NCBI GenBank assembly: GCA_044892525.1
Contig: CM097885.1
Coordinates: forward strand, 3,906,001-3,970,000
Source: Schmidtea polychroa
Lineage: Eukaryota
DNA: 64,000 nt
Direction: 5' to 3'
Of the stretch, positions 23,941 through 34,553 are shown in pieces; within the stretch, counting starts at the first letter, position 1; each line of letters starts with the position of its first letter. The notes under the pieces were generated by a model that searched no databases, was not told where the DNA came from, and worked only from the letters and a program-made list of their open reading frames with translations. Position numbers and translations under genes: made by a program.

Positions 23941-25307
23941 TTCTCTTAAATACATATAAAAGTTGGAGCAGGAAGGCTCCCCCGCGAGGTTTATAGCGCA
24001 GTGATAGTTACTTATTATAGTATACATTAAAAGGAGTTGAAGGTTCGGGTGATATAGTAGTATTAGAATATTAGTAGTGATAATAATAGTATCAATAGTA
24101 TAGTAGAGATTATTATAATATTAATATAAACAACTAAAAAGACCACCAAATAGGCAGAACCCCTACAAGGGTTCCTACATTAACCTATTCGGTGATTGAC
24201 ACTCAGTACCGTAATTATAGATGATGATATGTATAATAATATTAGTAAAATAATAATAGTAATAATAATAGTAATAATAACAACAACAATAACAATAATA
24301 GTAGAGACAATAGCAAAAGTATAAATAATAGTAACAAGTATTAGTAAGAAAGGTGTTAATAAGACAAGGGGAGGTAATAAGATAATAAGGGGAGATAATA
24401 AGATAATTTATAATGATAAATGGTGACAATGAGATAAGAATAATAATAAAAAACAAATAAGATTAAAAAAAAAAGGTGNNNNNNNNNNNNNNNNNNNNNN
24501 NNNNNNNNNNNNNNNNNNNNNNNNNNNNNNNNNNNNNNNNNNNNNNNNNNNNNNNNNNNNNNNNNNNNNNNNNNNNNNNNNNNNNNNNNNNNNNNNNNNN
24601 NNNNNNNNNNNNNNNNNNNNNNNNNNNNNNNNNNNNNNNNNNNNNNNNNNNNNNNNNNNNNNNNNNNNNNNNNNNNNNNNNNNNNNNNNNNNNNNNNNNN
24701 NNNNNNNNNNNNNNNNNNNNNNNNNNNNNNNNNNNNNNNNNNNNNNNNNNACAACAATAATAAACATGGCAGCAATAATAAAAAATAATAGAAATAACAG
24801 TTATCAACAATATTAATAGCAAAAGTAATAGTAGCAGATGCAATGAAAAACCAGCAAGAAATCACAGTAATAAGCAAGAGTGATAATGGTCATAACAGTA
24901 GCAAAAATAATGCCAATATCCAGCATATTATTATAGTATTGGAAGTTTGAGTTTTATGATTTTAGTATAGTAGAATCGTAAGTTGAGGTAAAAAATTAAA
25001 TTATGGGTTTAACAATGTTATTTTAATTTTATTTTTATAACTATATATCAAGTTATCATTAGTTTATTATTTAATAATATGATAGATCCATAATGTATAA
25101 TATTGCTTTCAATAGTTAGTTACTAAAAAGTATATAATAGAGGTTGTACATATGTCAGCGCCCAAGGAGGATTTTCTATGCTTAATATTAATTGAATTAT
25201 TGAGTGTATTATTTAGGAGGATAGCTTGATATAAGTATAATACAGCCATAATGGACAATATAGATAGTAATCAATGCTTTGAGTACAAATATATATAGAT
25301 AATAATA

Positions 25308-28300
25308 TCAGTCTTTGAGTATGTGTTCTCTTAGGATATGGTAGCTACTTATGACAGCCGCCGTGCAGGCTTTTCGAGCTAGACCTATAATTTCTTGTTT
25401 CGTGAGGCCAATTTTTTTAAGTACCTGATTATTGTTGCTATCCCAGGATCCCAGAGTACCGATTACTAGGGCTGAGATAGTGGTTTTGGTTTTGTAGGAT
25501 TTCTCAATATCAATGGCCAGGTTGGCGTATTTAATATAGTTATTTTTAACGGCAGTTTTAAAGTTTTCTTTTTGTTCGTAGGGGACTTTTATGTCGAGTA
25601 GATGAATGTTCTTATTTCTAGAAGATTTTATGAGAAGATCAGGTTTAAGGGTTGATTTTACACCCTGAGGTGAAGTTTCAATGTCAAAGTGAAAGTTATA
25701 ATTAGAGAGACATTCACAGACCGCTTCAAGGACGCGGGAGTGCTTATTTCTGCGCGCATTAATTTTCGCAGGGCAGTGGTTGAATATGTGGGCCTGTGTT
25801 TCGGGGTGTGAGTTGCACTGCCTACAGAGAATAGATTTTCTATTTTTGAGTCGATGAGGTGTGAAATTTAGGTTTAGTAGGTTGTTGCGCGCCCTAATAA
25901 GAAAGAGGTATTGGGCATCGCTGAGTATATCAGATTTGAGGAGAAAGTCAGCAGTGCTGCTGTCGGTTATAGATTTGGCAATATGACCCTGATATGTTAG
26001 GAGCGTCCATTTTTCTGCGTGTATATAACCAATGATGCAGTGTAGTTCAGAGGAGATGTTCTTCATGTTTTGTTCATTAAAGTAATTAATTCTATCTTTA
26101 TATTTGATTTCAAGTTGGTATAGGTCTTCTATAAGCACAATTTTGGCGTGTATGCCATATTTCCGACGAAGCAGATCAACAGATTTTTTGAATTTCGAGA
26201 AGATAGAATGAGTTGGGAAGGATTTAGAGATGTTGCCATTAATCCATGACATTGCAGCTTCAAGGTTACCTTTGCCTCGTGCTAAAGCAAGTTCCGTGAG
26301 GACAAGATTACGAAAGATGAGATCTGATGAGTTTAGAGCACGCGAGAGGTGTACTATGCTTTGTATGATATATTCGTCTATTGCAGCAGTAAGACCAAGT
26401 CCGCCCATTTTTATAGAGGCGTATAAGAAGTTGTTGTTAAATTGCAAGAGCTTATCCCCCAGAGAGGTTTTTATCATTTTTCTTATCTTATTGTCAAAAC
26501 CTTTTTGGGGGATACGATCTTTTATGATGGTATCTTTATGAGAGTCTAGTATTTTATGGAGAATTTCACAATTACGGAAAGGAAAGATCAACCGAGAGTG
26601 AATGAATATCTTGAAGGCATTAATCTTTTGAGATGGGTGAAGATGTGAGTTTAAGATTTTTTCGGTGTCTTTAATAGCGAGTTCAAGTCTTTCATCAATA
26701 TTGTGCCTTTTCTTATGTGCAAAGTCTACTCCTAGGTATCTGTAGAAGTTCGAGTCATCTACTTTTGGGATAATCTCATTGTATAGTTTAATTGGTTGGT
26801 GGTTATTATTGTCATTTAAGTGAAAATAACCTGATTTCGAGGGTTTAAATTTTAGATTGGCTAGTGAGGCGAGACGAATAGTTTCAAGGAGAGCTGATGT
26901 GATTGATGGGTATGAGTCTGAGATCAATACGATGTCATCTGCGTATGCTAAAATACCAATATTCATATCACCAAACATGAAGGGGTGAGAGAGAAGGATA
27001 TTTTTAATAATATAGTCGATAGAGAGGCAGAAAAGAGTCATGGAGAGTGGGCATCCTTGTTTCACTCCTTTCAGGATGGGAACTGAGGGTGATTTTTCAC
27101 CTTCGCAGTCGAAGATGGTCTTAACATTGTCATACATGTTGTTTATTAGCCTGATGGTGTTAGGGTGTAAACCAATTGTAGAAAGAGTGTACCAGATGAG
27201 GTCATGTGGTAGAGAGCCAAAGGCATCGGTGATATCCAGCCAGACAATATGGAGGTCAGATTTGTTTCGTATGGAAGCATCCTTAATGAGTTGAAGGATA
27301 AGATTATGTTCAGCGCATCCATCGGGAGTGCCGATTGCTTTTTGGTTTTTAGAGATAAGGTTACCCTCTTTGATCCATCCAAGGAGTCTGTTATTAAGGA
27401 GTGAGGAGAAAACGCGGTATGCTGTATTCATGATGGAGATCGGTCTCCATGAACTGGCTTCGTGGCTTATCTCATTCTTACCGGCTTTGAGGATAAGCTT
27501 TGTCCGAAAAGTTTTCCAAGTAGATGGGCAGAGGGAATTCCTTTGGATGTTATTACATATAGAGAGAAGAAGTTCAAAATCTGGTGATATCTTTTTCCAG
27601 TTGGCAAGTGTGATAAGATCTAAGCCTGGAGCGGTATTGTCAAGGTTGGAGACAATGTATTTGATCTCATCAGTATCAAAGGGAGTAAAGGAGTAGTTTT
27701 CAGTGAGGGAGCAAAGGAGGTTAATAGAAAGTGGATTTGATGTGACCAATTCCCCTGCAAAAAGTTTGAGAATATTGGTCATGGTGGGTTTTTGAAAGTT
27801 AGATTCATTGTTTAAGATCTTAGATATCTCCTCCTTGGGGTCGAATTTGTATCTGTTCCTTTTAATAACTAGTAATTCTTTGTCTAGTTTTTTTGATTTA
27901 TGAATAATGTCTGCTGGTTTTTTATTAATATATTTTAAGGCGTTAATATTTTCATTTATTTTTATAATTTCACAAAGGACTGTATCACAGTCAGTTGTAT
28001 CTGTATTTAAATTAATTATGAGGCTATTGATAAATGGGCGATATTTTCGCACATCATCACTAGCCATTCTGTTATTTAGTATTTTTTTAATTACAATTTT
28101 AATCCTATTAATCATATTCTGGATGTTAGGTGAGGTGATCCTATCATTTTTCATGAGGCATTCAATCATGTGGCATATAAAGAAGGCTGATTCATTAGGA
28201 GTGCTGCATCTAGGATATTCGGGGTATTGAAGATGGATAGTGATAGGGGAGACAATTTTCTGTAGGTCTAAGATGGTTTCGAGGATACTATTGGCAAGTG

Positions 28301-28574
28301 AAAGGTGGATAGAGGGACTTTCATCGGTTGTAGGGTCAATAAGTACTGCCAGCTTTCGGCGTTTGTCTAGGAAGAAGAAGAACCAGTTGTCTTTAGCATG
28401 ACACATTGGCATGATGATCTCGTTCCAATCAGAGAAGTCTTTGAAAGGAAAGGTTTCAAAGAAGGTCTTGTAGTTGTGTTGTATAAGAGCGTTACCTATA
28501 TAGGGGTCGACGAAGATGGTGGTAGGTCTGATGGCAAAGGAAAAGATGAAGGCCTTGATAGAGTGTTGTGACCA
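25308..28574 (-). CDS. Element B ORF2: inactive Ulp1-like protease + RT + CCHC + restriction-like endonuclease
   Basis: The 1034-aa ORF extends 54 open codons upstream to the ORF1 stop. Motifs SWRPISI, WLDITDAFGS, YADD, CRQC..H..NHC, KPDLLI..LLDIKVP. Confidence 0.93.
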   Translation of the reverse strand, partial: WSQHSIKAFIFSFAIRPTTIFVDPYIGNALIQHNYKTFFETFPFKDFSDWNEIIMPMCHAKDNWFFFFLDKRRKLAVLIDPTTDESPSIHLSLANSILETILDLQKIVSPITIHLQYPEYPRCSTPNESAFFICHMIECLMKNDRITSPNIQNMINRIKIVIKKILNNRMASDDVRKYRPFINSLIINLNTDTTDCDTVLCEIIKINENINALKYINKKPADIIHKSKKLDKELLVIKRNRYKFDPKEEISKILNNESNFQKPTMTNILKLFAGELVTSNPLSINLLCSLTENYSFTPFDTDEIKYIVSNLDNTAPGLDLITLANWKKISPDFELLLSICNNIQRNSLCPSTWKTFRTKLILKAGKNEISHEASSWRPISIMNTAYRVFSSLLNNRLLGWIKEGNLISKNQKAIGTPDGCAEHNLILQLIKDASIRNKSDLHIVWLDITDAFGSLPHDLIWYTLSTIGLHPNTIRLINNMYDNVKTIFDCEGEKSPSVPILKGVKQGCPLSMTLFCLSIDYIIKNILLSHPFMFGDMNIGILAYADDIVLISDSYPSITSALLETIRLASLANLKFKPSKSGYFHLNDNNNHQPIKLYNEIIPKVDDSNFYRYLGVDFAHKKRHNIDERLELAIKDTEKILNSHLHPSQKINAFKIFIHSRLIFPFRNCEILHKILDSHKDTIIKDRIPQKGFDNKIRKMIKTSLGDKLLQFNNNFLYASIKMGGLGLTAAIDEYIIQSIVHLSRALNSSDLIFRNLVLTELALARGKGNLEAAMSWINGNISKSFPTHSIFSKFKKSVDLLRRKYGIHAKIVLIEDLYQLEIKYKDRINYFNEQNMKNISSELHCIIGYIHAEKWTLLTYQGHIAKSITDSSTADFLLKSDILSDAQYLFLIRARNNLLNLNFTPHRLKNRKSILCRQCNSHPETQAHIFNHCPAKINARRNKHSRVLEAVCECLSNYNFHFDIETSPQGVKSTLKPDLLIKSSRNKNIHLLDIKVPYEQKENFKTAVKNNYIKYANLAIDIEKSYKTKTTISALVIGTLGSWDSNNNQVLKKIGLTKQEIIGLARKACTAAVISSYHILREHILKD

Positions 28575-31500
28575 TCATGCAGCCTCCTTATCAATATTAT
28601 TAGTAAATAGGATATTGTCAGGTATGTCCCTATTTATGATTTCATTATTTAGAGGTGATAGGATTGCCTCTTGCGTATCCAGAATATCATTAAAAAGGTT
28701 ATTTTTAGTATTAATATCTACGCTGTTACTGTAGTCATTATTCACGGGGCTATTCGGGGTCTCCTTATTGGGGTGATGATCCTCAATATGGTTTTTGGAG
28801 TCCTGATATTCTATCCACTCTCCACAGAAGCAATTAATTTTTAGATTGATGTCAAATTTTAAATTTTTATGATGTTTTATCATATGTGTATTTATTGTAT
28901 CTAAGGGTGTGTCAATGTCGAAGGATTGGAAGCACTTGTTGCAGTTTTTGTTTAGATTGTGGCATAAGAAACGGTTTGCGGAAGTAATTTTCAGGGTAAT
29001 AGTCTTAAGGAAGTCCTTGTTTACACTACAGTGGTGCTCAAATTGGTCGATGTGGTTATATAGGTTTCTAAGGGTGATGGTGTTCAAGATAGATCGGCTT
29101 CCTTCCCCTTTGGGTCTACATTGGTGGCAGTCGATCAAAGAGTCGTAGGTTATAGCGATGTTGTGAATTTCTTGGGCGTGTGACCTAATCCTATCAATAT
29201 CAGTGGCAGAAATTTGTCCACAAAAAGAAGTATGGTGGCATCCACGGCACTGTAATTTGCCCCGTAGATCAAAGTAGTATAATATTTCATCATTTATGTC
29301 TTTGGACATTGTATCTTTATTTATTATAGTTTTTCTCGTCTTTATGAGGTCTAAGGTGGGGGGTTTAAGAGTGTACGTTTTACCTCTAACCTCTAGGCTT
29401 TTTTGGAATTTTATGTCTTTTCTGTGGTGGATGGGAGTGGATGTGGTTGCGTATTTTGGTGTCTCTTTAGCAGAGGGTATAGTGTCCTTCAGGTTTATAA
29501 GGTTTGGTGATTTACGTTCAGTGTTTTCGACAGGGATAAGCCTTTTAGGAATAGGGTATGATCTATCAAGGTCAATGTTTTCGGAGGAATGAGAGTTGTA
29601 GGTTTTCTTTTCTTGCCTAACAGGGGTTATGGTTGTAGAGTCATCTAGCGGTGATGGTCTAACTGAGGGATATATTTTGGGTTCCTCGATTGAGTCGGTA
29701 GGTAGGGTAAGGTTATAAGAGTTGGATTTCTCAGGCAGAGGAGGTGAGGGGTTGTTAGTAGGAAGGGCTATGAGAGGGGCGTTTGAGGAAGGAGGTTCAT
29801 TGATAGAGCTTTGGTCAGAGGCACTGCTAGAGAGTACGACGTCATCACAGTCGGAGTTGAATAGATCGCTTGGGTATTCTGGAGGTCTGACATCCTCTCG
29901 GTCTGATATAGGGGATTCTATTGTGTCGTCAAAGTAACAGCTATAATGGGATGTATCGATACTGATCTCCGAACAGGAGGAGTCACTGTCAGGGTCATAA
30001 GATAGTTCAGATAAGCTAGGGCATGATGAAGTATCTTCTGGGGTGTGGGAAGAGGAGGCATTATTCATAGTATTAGATTTAATATATCTAACCTTTTTAA
30101 GGAGTTTTTCATTGGGTCCGATAACCTTAGGACAAGAAAGATTCGGAATAGGCTTGGAAAAATGTGGCCTACTACATGTTATTTGGTTATGGTAGGTTGG
30201 TTTCGATACTTTAGTATTGTTGGGTAGAACAGGGGGAGTAGATAACCTATCGGTGTTTACTTTATTAATTAATGAGATATTTTTTTTAGTAGATTTATTT
30301 GTGGTATATTCCATGTCCATATTGTCTATCAGGGAGGCATATCTATTATTTGTCATATTAATGATAGTAGTTTTAGCTGGGAGAGTGGGTAAAATATCAG
30401 GTGATGCAATGCCTGCAAGAGATGTAGAATTTTCGGTACTAATATTGTTGATTTCTTTTGAGTTAGGATTATTTTTATCATTTGTAGGTGAGATTTCTGC
30501 ATCTACATCATCTGCAAGAGTCGCCTTCTCAAATAATATTGAGGTCAATTGTCGATAGTTAATATATAGTATATAGAAGAAATTTCTAACAATAAAAGAG
30601 TTTACTTTTTTATTGTTATTTTTTAATTGGGTATGGATATCCTTAAAGAGGTAATTATTAAGGTTTATTAATATGGAGTTATAATTTTTAATGAGATACT
30701 TATTATTGTGGTAGGGTATAAGCCTCAGATCAAAAGGTGGTTTGTCGCTATTGGATGGTTCAAGGATATCTATCAGTTTATGGTAATTGCTATTAAGGTC
30801 CTTGAAGAAACAGATATAGGTGGCGGTTAGCATTTGTGGGTTTGAGGATTTAAGATGGAGAAATTGTTTTTTAATTTCCCTAAAAAAATTGGTTCCGATT
30901 TCACCAATGTTATGGAGGTATTCTGGGTCAGAGTTCTTATAAGAGGCTGAGGTATAATCAGTAGTATTAATATTGATGTGTTCGTCAGTAGATAAAGAGG
31001 TGGTAGGATTTTCAATAACTGAAGAAATAGCAAGATTGTCGCTGAAAGTGACTGTCTTTGAAGATGCGAGTCGGCCGTAGGCCGGCGAGCTGCGTGTTTT
31101 CTCGTGTTCCGAAGGAACACGAGAAAAATTTTTTCTAGAAAGAGTGTGGTAAGAGAAATTGTGATATTTAAACAAGGAAATATTTTTGTTTAATATCGAT
31201 AATTTATTTAATTCAATGAAATTAGATATATTAGATAAAATAGTGTTAATTAATTCACCTGAAAATGCTTTAGCATCAGGGACTTCTGGAGAATTTTCGT
31301 AATAATTAGTAATAATTTTTTTAATTATAAATTTAATTTTACTTTTAAAAAATTTTTCAAATTTATCATTTTGGTTATTAGTATAATTTGAATTATTATT
31401 ATAAGTTAAATTATCATTATCGTAGGTAGAAGTATTTTTATATTTAAGGTTATGAGGAAGGTTAAAAGATTTATTATTTAAATTTATATTATAATTATTA

Positions 31501-32027
31501 TCGCTATTCATAGTATAATTATCATTATTATATATATAAGATTTATTTGTATTAAAAATAGAGTTCAGATTAGAATTGTCATATGCAGTATAATTATTAG
31601 TAGGTTTAGAATTATTAATATTAAAATCAAAGTTTCCATTACTCAAGTTATCCCTATTATAATCTAATATACAATTAACATCATTAAGTTTACAGTTATT
31701 ACTATCATAGTTAAAGCAAATTGGTTTATTATCTTTATAATAATTTTGATTATAATTACCATTTTTTATTATGTGAATCTTTCGAGCTGGGCAAAAAGTT
31801 TTCCAAGAGGTTGCATAAATTTCGGATGTTTCATTCGCTTTAACATTCTTCACGGAATAATAGCTCTTAGGCATATGGTTCATTTCATTGTTGCGGGTTA
31901 GAGAACTTCCATTATTGATCAGCTCCTTGTGAATAAATGTATCCTTTATTTTAGTACATGTTGCAGCAAATGTGTCGTATTGCTTGAGGATTATCCTAGC
32001 TGGGCAATAAGATCTGATTTTCCTCAT
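28575..32027 (-). CDS. Element B ORF1: Asn-rich N-terminus, Ser/Pro-rich linker, four C-terminal C2H2-like zinc fingers
   Basis: Uninterrupted 1150 aa; CRGC..H..EIH, CHQC..H..EHH, CNKC..H..KHH, CFC..H..DHH. Confidence 0.85.
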   Translation of the reverse strand: MRKIRSYCPARIILKQYDTFAATCTKIKDTFIHKELINNGSSLTRNNEMNHMPKSYYSVKNVKANETSEIYATSWKTFCPARKIHIIKNGNYNQNYYKDNKPICFNYDSNNCKLNDVNCILDYNRDNLSNGNFDFNINNSKPTNNYTAYDNSNLNSIFNTNKSYIYNNDNYTMNSDNNYNINLNNKSFNLPHNLKYKNTSTYDNDNLTYNNNSNYTNNQNDKFEKFFKSKIKFIIKKIITNYYENSPEVPDAKAFSGELINTILSNISNFIELNKLSILNKNISLFKYHNFSYHTLSRKNFSRVPSEHEKTRSSPAYGRLASSKTVTFSDNLAISSVIENPTTSLSTDEHININTTDYTSASYKNSDPEYLHNIGEIGTNFFREIKKQFLHLKSSNPQMLTATYICFFKDLNSNYHKLIDILEPSNSDKPPFDLRLIPYHNNKYLIKNYNSILINLNNYLFKDIHTQLKNNNKKVNSFIVRNFFYILYINYRQLTSILFEKATLADDVDAEISPTNDKNNPNSKEINNISTENSTSLAGIASPDILPTLPAKTTIINMTNNRYASLIDNMDMEYTTNKSTKKNISLINKVNTDRLSTPPVLPNNTKVSKPTYHNQITCSRPHFSKPIPNLSCPKVIGPNEKLLKKVRYIKSNTMNNASSSHTPEDTSSCPSLSELSYDPDSDSSCSEISIDTSHYSCYFDDTIESPISDREDVRPPEYPSDLFNSDCDDVVLSSSASDQSSINEPPSSNAPLIALPTNNPSPPLPEKSNSYNLTLPTDSIEEPKIYPSVRPSPLDDSTTITPVRQEKKTYNSHSSENIDLDRSYPIPKRLIPVENTERKSPNLINLKDTIPSAKETPKYATTSTPIHHRKDIKFQKSLEVRGKTYTLKPPTLDLIKTRKTIINKDTMSKDINDEILYYFDLRGKLQCRGCHHTSFCGQISATDIDRIRSHAQEIHNIAITYDSLIDCHQCRPKGEGSRSILNTITLRNLYNHIDQFEHHCSVNKDFLKTITLKITSANRFLCHNLNKNCNKCFQSFDIDTPLDTINTHMIKHHKNLKFDINLKINCFCGEWIEYQDSKNHIEDHHPNKETPNSPVNNDYSNSVDINTKNNLFNDILDTQEAILSPLNNEIINRDIPDNILFTNNIDKEAA

Positions 32028-32271
32028 TTCATATGGATCAGCAGGTGATTCGTCAGGTGGGTTCTCATCGGTTCTATATATATGATTAGGATGTAATAAG
32101 TTTACTTTGTCGATTGATTTATCACTGGAAGAAGAGCCTCGTCCATGTGAATCTGGGGGAGCCGCAGGAGATCCGTGGAGTCGAATATCATCAGCTCTAA
32201 GAAAAAGTTTAGATAATAGTAGCAGTTATGAATAACGCCAAGTATTTCTCATTATTGGATGCCCGTACTAG

Positions 32272-33460
32272 CATCTCTCTCTTAAATATCAATTAAAAAG
32301 CACTGACAGAAACCGTTAACCTTGCACAAAAGTAAATTTTAATTTTAAACCATCAAAATCAGGATATTTCTCACTCAATAAAAACGAATGCCCTACGGAA
32401 CTATACAATGAAAAACTACCGATTATAAACGACTCGAATATTTATATATATTTAGGAGTCGATTTATCTTATAAACATAGACATAATATAGACGGAAGCC
32501 TAGAACAAGCACTCATAGACACTATAAAGGTCTTCTAATCACACCTACACCCAGCACAGGAAATCTCAGCCTATAAAATCTTTATACACTCACATCTAAT
32601 GTTCACCTTGCGCAATTGTGAAATAAATCACATGATACTCGATTCAAAGAGAAAGGAAGGAGTAATGGGTAATAATATTATTAGTAAATCCGACCCGAGA
32701 CCTTTAAGAGATCCAAATTTCATGAAAGATTCAAAGCAAAAATTAATTAAAGTGATTCATTTAATGATTAAAAGAATGCGTAACAGAATTTGATAGAGTA
32801 TAGAAAGCACCGATTGCCCTCATCGCATCGACAGCTCTCATTTTGGTAAACTTACCTAAACTGATGTGAAAGCAATTTGGAACATTTTATCACTATTGTT
32901 GTTGCGGATTTGTGTTGAAATGCCTCACAAATAGCTGGTGGAGGTGAAATGTTAAGGCATTAATCAATTTGATATAAGGCAATTTTAGTATTGCATTTAG
33001 GTGCATTTTACTGCCATTCAATACAGCAATAATTTCTCCACAACTCATATAACATCAGCAGCAGCAGCGATAGCGGTTTTCTCGTCGGTTCCATTCGTCA
33101 TAGGAGCGCTTGATTTGTTGAGGCGATTTGTCAGCGCTTATATTCGGGTGAATTTTAATTGGATTATTTCTTTCACATTAATTATTAATTTAATTATAAT
33201 AAATATTCTAATTAATTGATTATATTAATTGATATTAAATGTTTTTGATTTAATTAATTGCTTTTATTTAATGATATAATTGATATTGATATTGCAATTG
33301 GCCATTTGCTGTGAGCGCCCCCACTCCTCCGCCACATAGAACATTTGCAAATGCAAATCAAGCACTCAGCAGCTATCACCTCACCTATCAGTGGATAGAA
33401 TCAATCAGCCATCTCAGCCAGTGCGGAATGGATTGCGAACTTGCAACGGATGCTGATGCT
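32272..33460 (+). pseudogene. Third-family NeSL RT fragment (32272-32660) fused to an Ndc80-like fragment (32660-33460)
   Basis: FKPSKSGYF..YLGVD..HLHP..YKIFIHSHL runs directly into KSDPRPLRDPNFMKD. The same junction occurs inverted at 7270. Confidence 0.7.
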
Positions 33461-33584
33461 CATTCATAAACCCTCTCGATCACTCCTGCCACTGCATTAT
33501 TAATTTAATTATAATAAATATTGTAATACACGACTGGCGTTAGGGGTGCTTTATTCGAGGGTCCACCGATTATCGATCAATATT

Positions 33585-33805
33585 TTCAGGGTTCTCTGCG
33601 AGACTTGGCAAATGTGAGATTGCGCGGTTTCGAAGTGTTTTAGCGATAAATTCTCCAGTGAGAATTTCCGAGTTGCCGCAGACAATTCCAGTTTCGGAAC
33701 TTACAATTGGACCGCACCAGAAGTGATGACGGCAGTGAAGGTTATGGCAGCAATGCTGCAGCAGTCATTTGGTGCATTGAATTGATCGCCGGTGAAATTG
33801 AGTTT
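33585..33805 (+). pseudogene. Second MAP3K kinase fragment, internally deleted
   Basis: Homologous to 18374-18770 (GTYNWTAPEVM) but lacks the YLH..IHR segment. Confidence 0.75.
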
Positions 33806-34553
33806 AATCTGAGTATTTATTGATTCAGGCAATTATTGATCCCTATCACGTTTGACACCCTTTCAAGCAATTTTTCTAATTGGTACTACGAATAAAATCC
33901 CTCCCCCCGCATGTTCCCCTCCCAGGTGCTCCCGTAAGCAGCACTAGATTGATCACATCTCATAGGTCCACCAGTAAATCAATAATCACCTCGTAGGGCA
34001 GCATTGAGCCAACCTAACAGCTGTTGATGCTCACTGCGGTTTCAGCACTTTCAGCACTGTTTCTTGTTACACGCCATCATCGGTTCTTGTTTGGTGCTGA
34101 TCTGGTGCGCATTTGTACATATCCACACCAACTGAACGCGATTCCTCGCAGCAAGTTGATAAGTTAGGATTTCTATCTGAGGGCGAGAATTGTAAATGTG
34201 CTGCAAATATATATTAATGGGTAAATGGGACAATAACAGATATTCTTATGGAAGTTTTTGATTGTAGTTGTGGAAATTTTGAACTGTTAGTTAGTGGACG
34301 TCTGAAACGATTAAAAAATGACAGTGGACTAGTCGTGTTAGTCGCTATTATATTATATCTGCCTTGTATCAATTTGTTGCTGCTGATGCTGATAATATCG
34401 GATGGAAGGCGCACAAGGGGGGGGGGGGAGAATGACAATGATTATCACAATAATTATCTCATAATAAATCAATAATAATAATAAGGCAAATAATAAATCA
34501 GATCAAAAGCCAAAATAAATCAATTTTTTATTGAAATGTTTTTTTTGAATTTG

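Larger units (their letters stand above)
23211..32272 (-). mobile_element. NeSL/R5-like RLE non-LTR retrotransposon B, apparently full length (about 9 kb), with a sense-strand T31 tail
   Basis: ORF1 28575-32027, ORF2 25308-28574, about 2 kb 3' UTR containing an assembly gap. The 5' boundary abuts a third-family fragment at about 32272. No TSD was identified. Confidence 0.92.

Noticed and set aside
24175-24877. ORFs around and across the N gap (also 45556-45969)
   Set aside because: Artefacts of simple repeats and N runs.
26230-30558. Antisense ORFs over the non-LTR elements and TRAF exons
   Set aside because: Shadow frames of real coding sequence with no independent motifs.
32030-32272. HDV-like ribozyme at the 5' end of element B, as in R2
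   Set aside because: I could not find a P1 partner or nested pseudoknot by eye; a covariance-model search would be needed.
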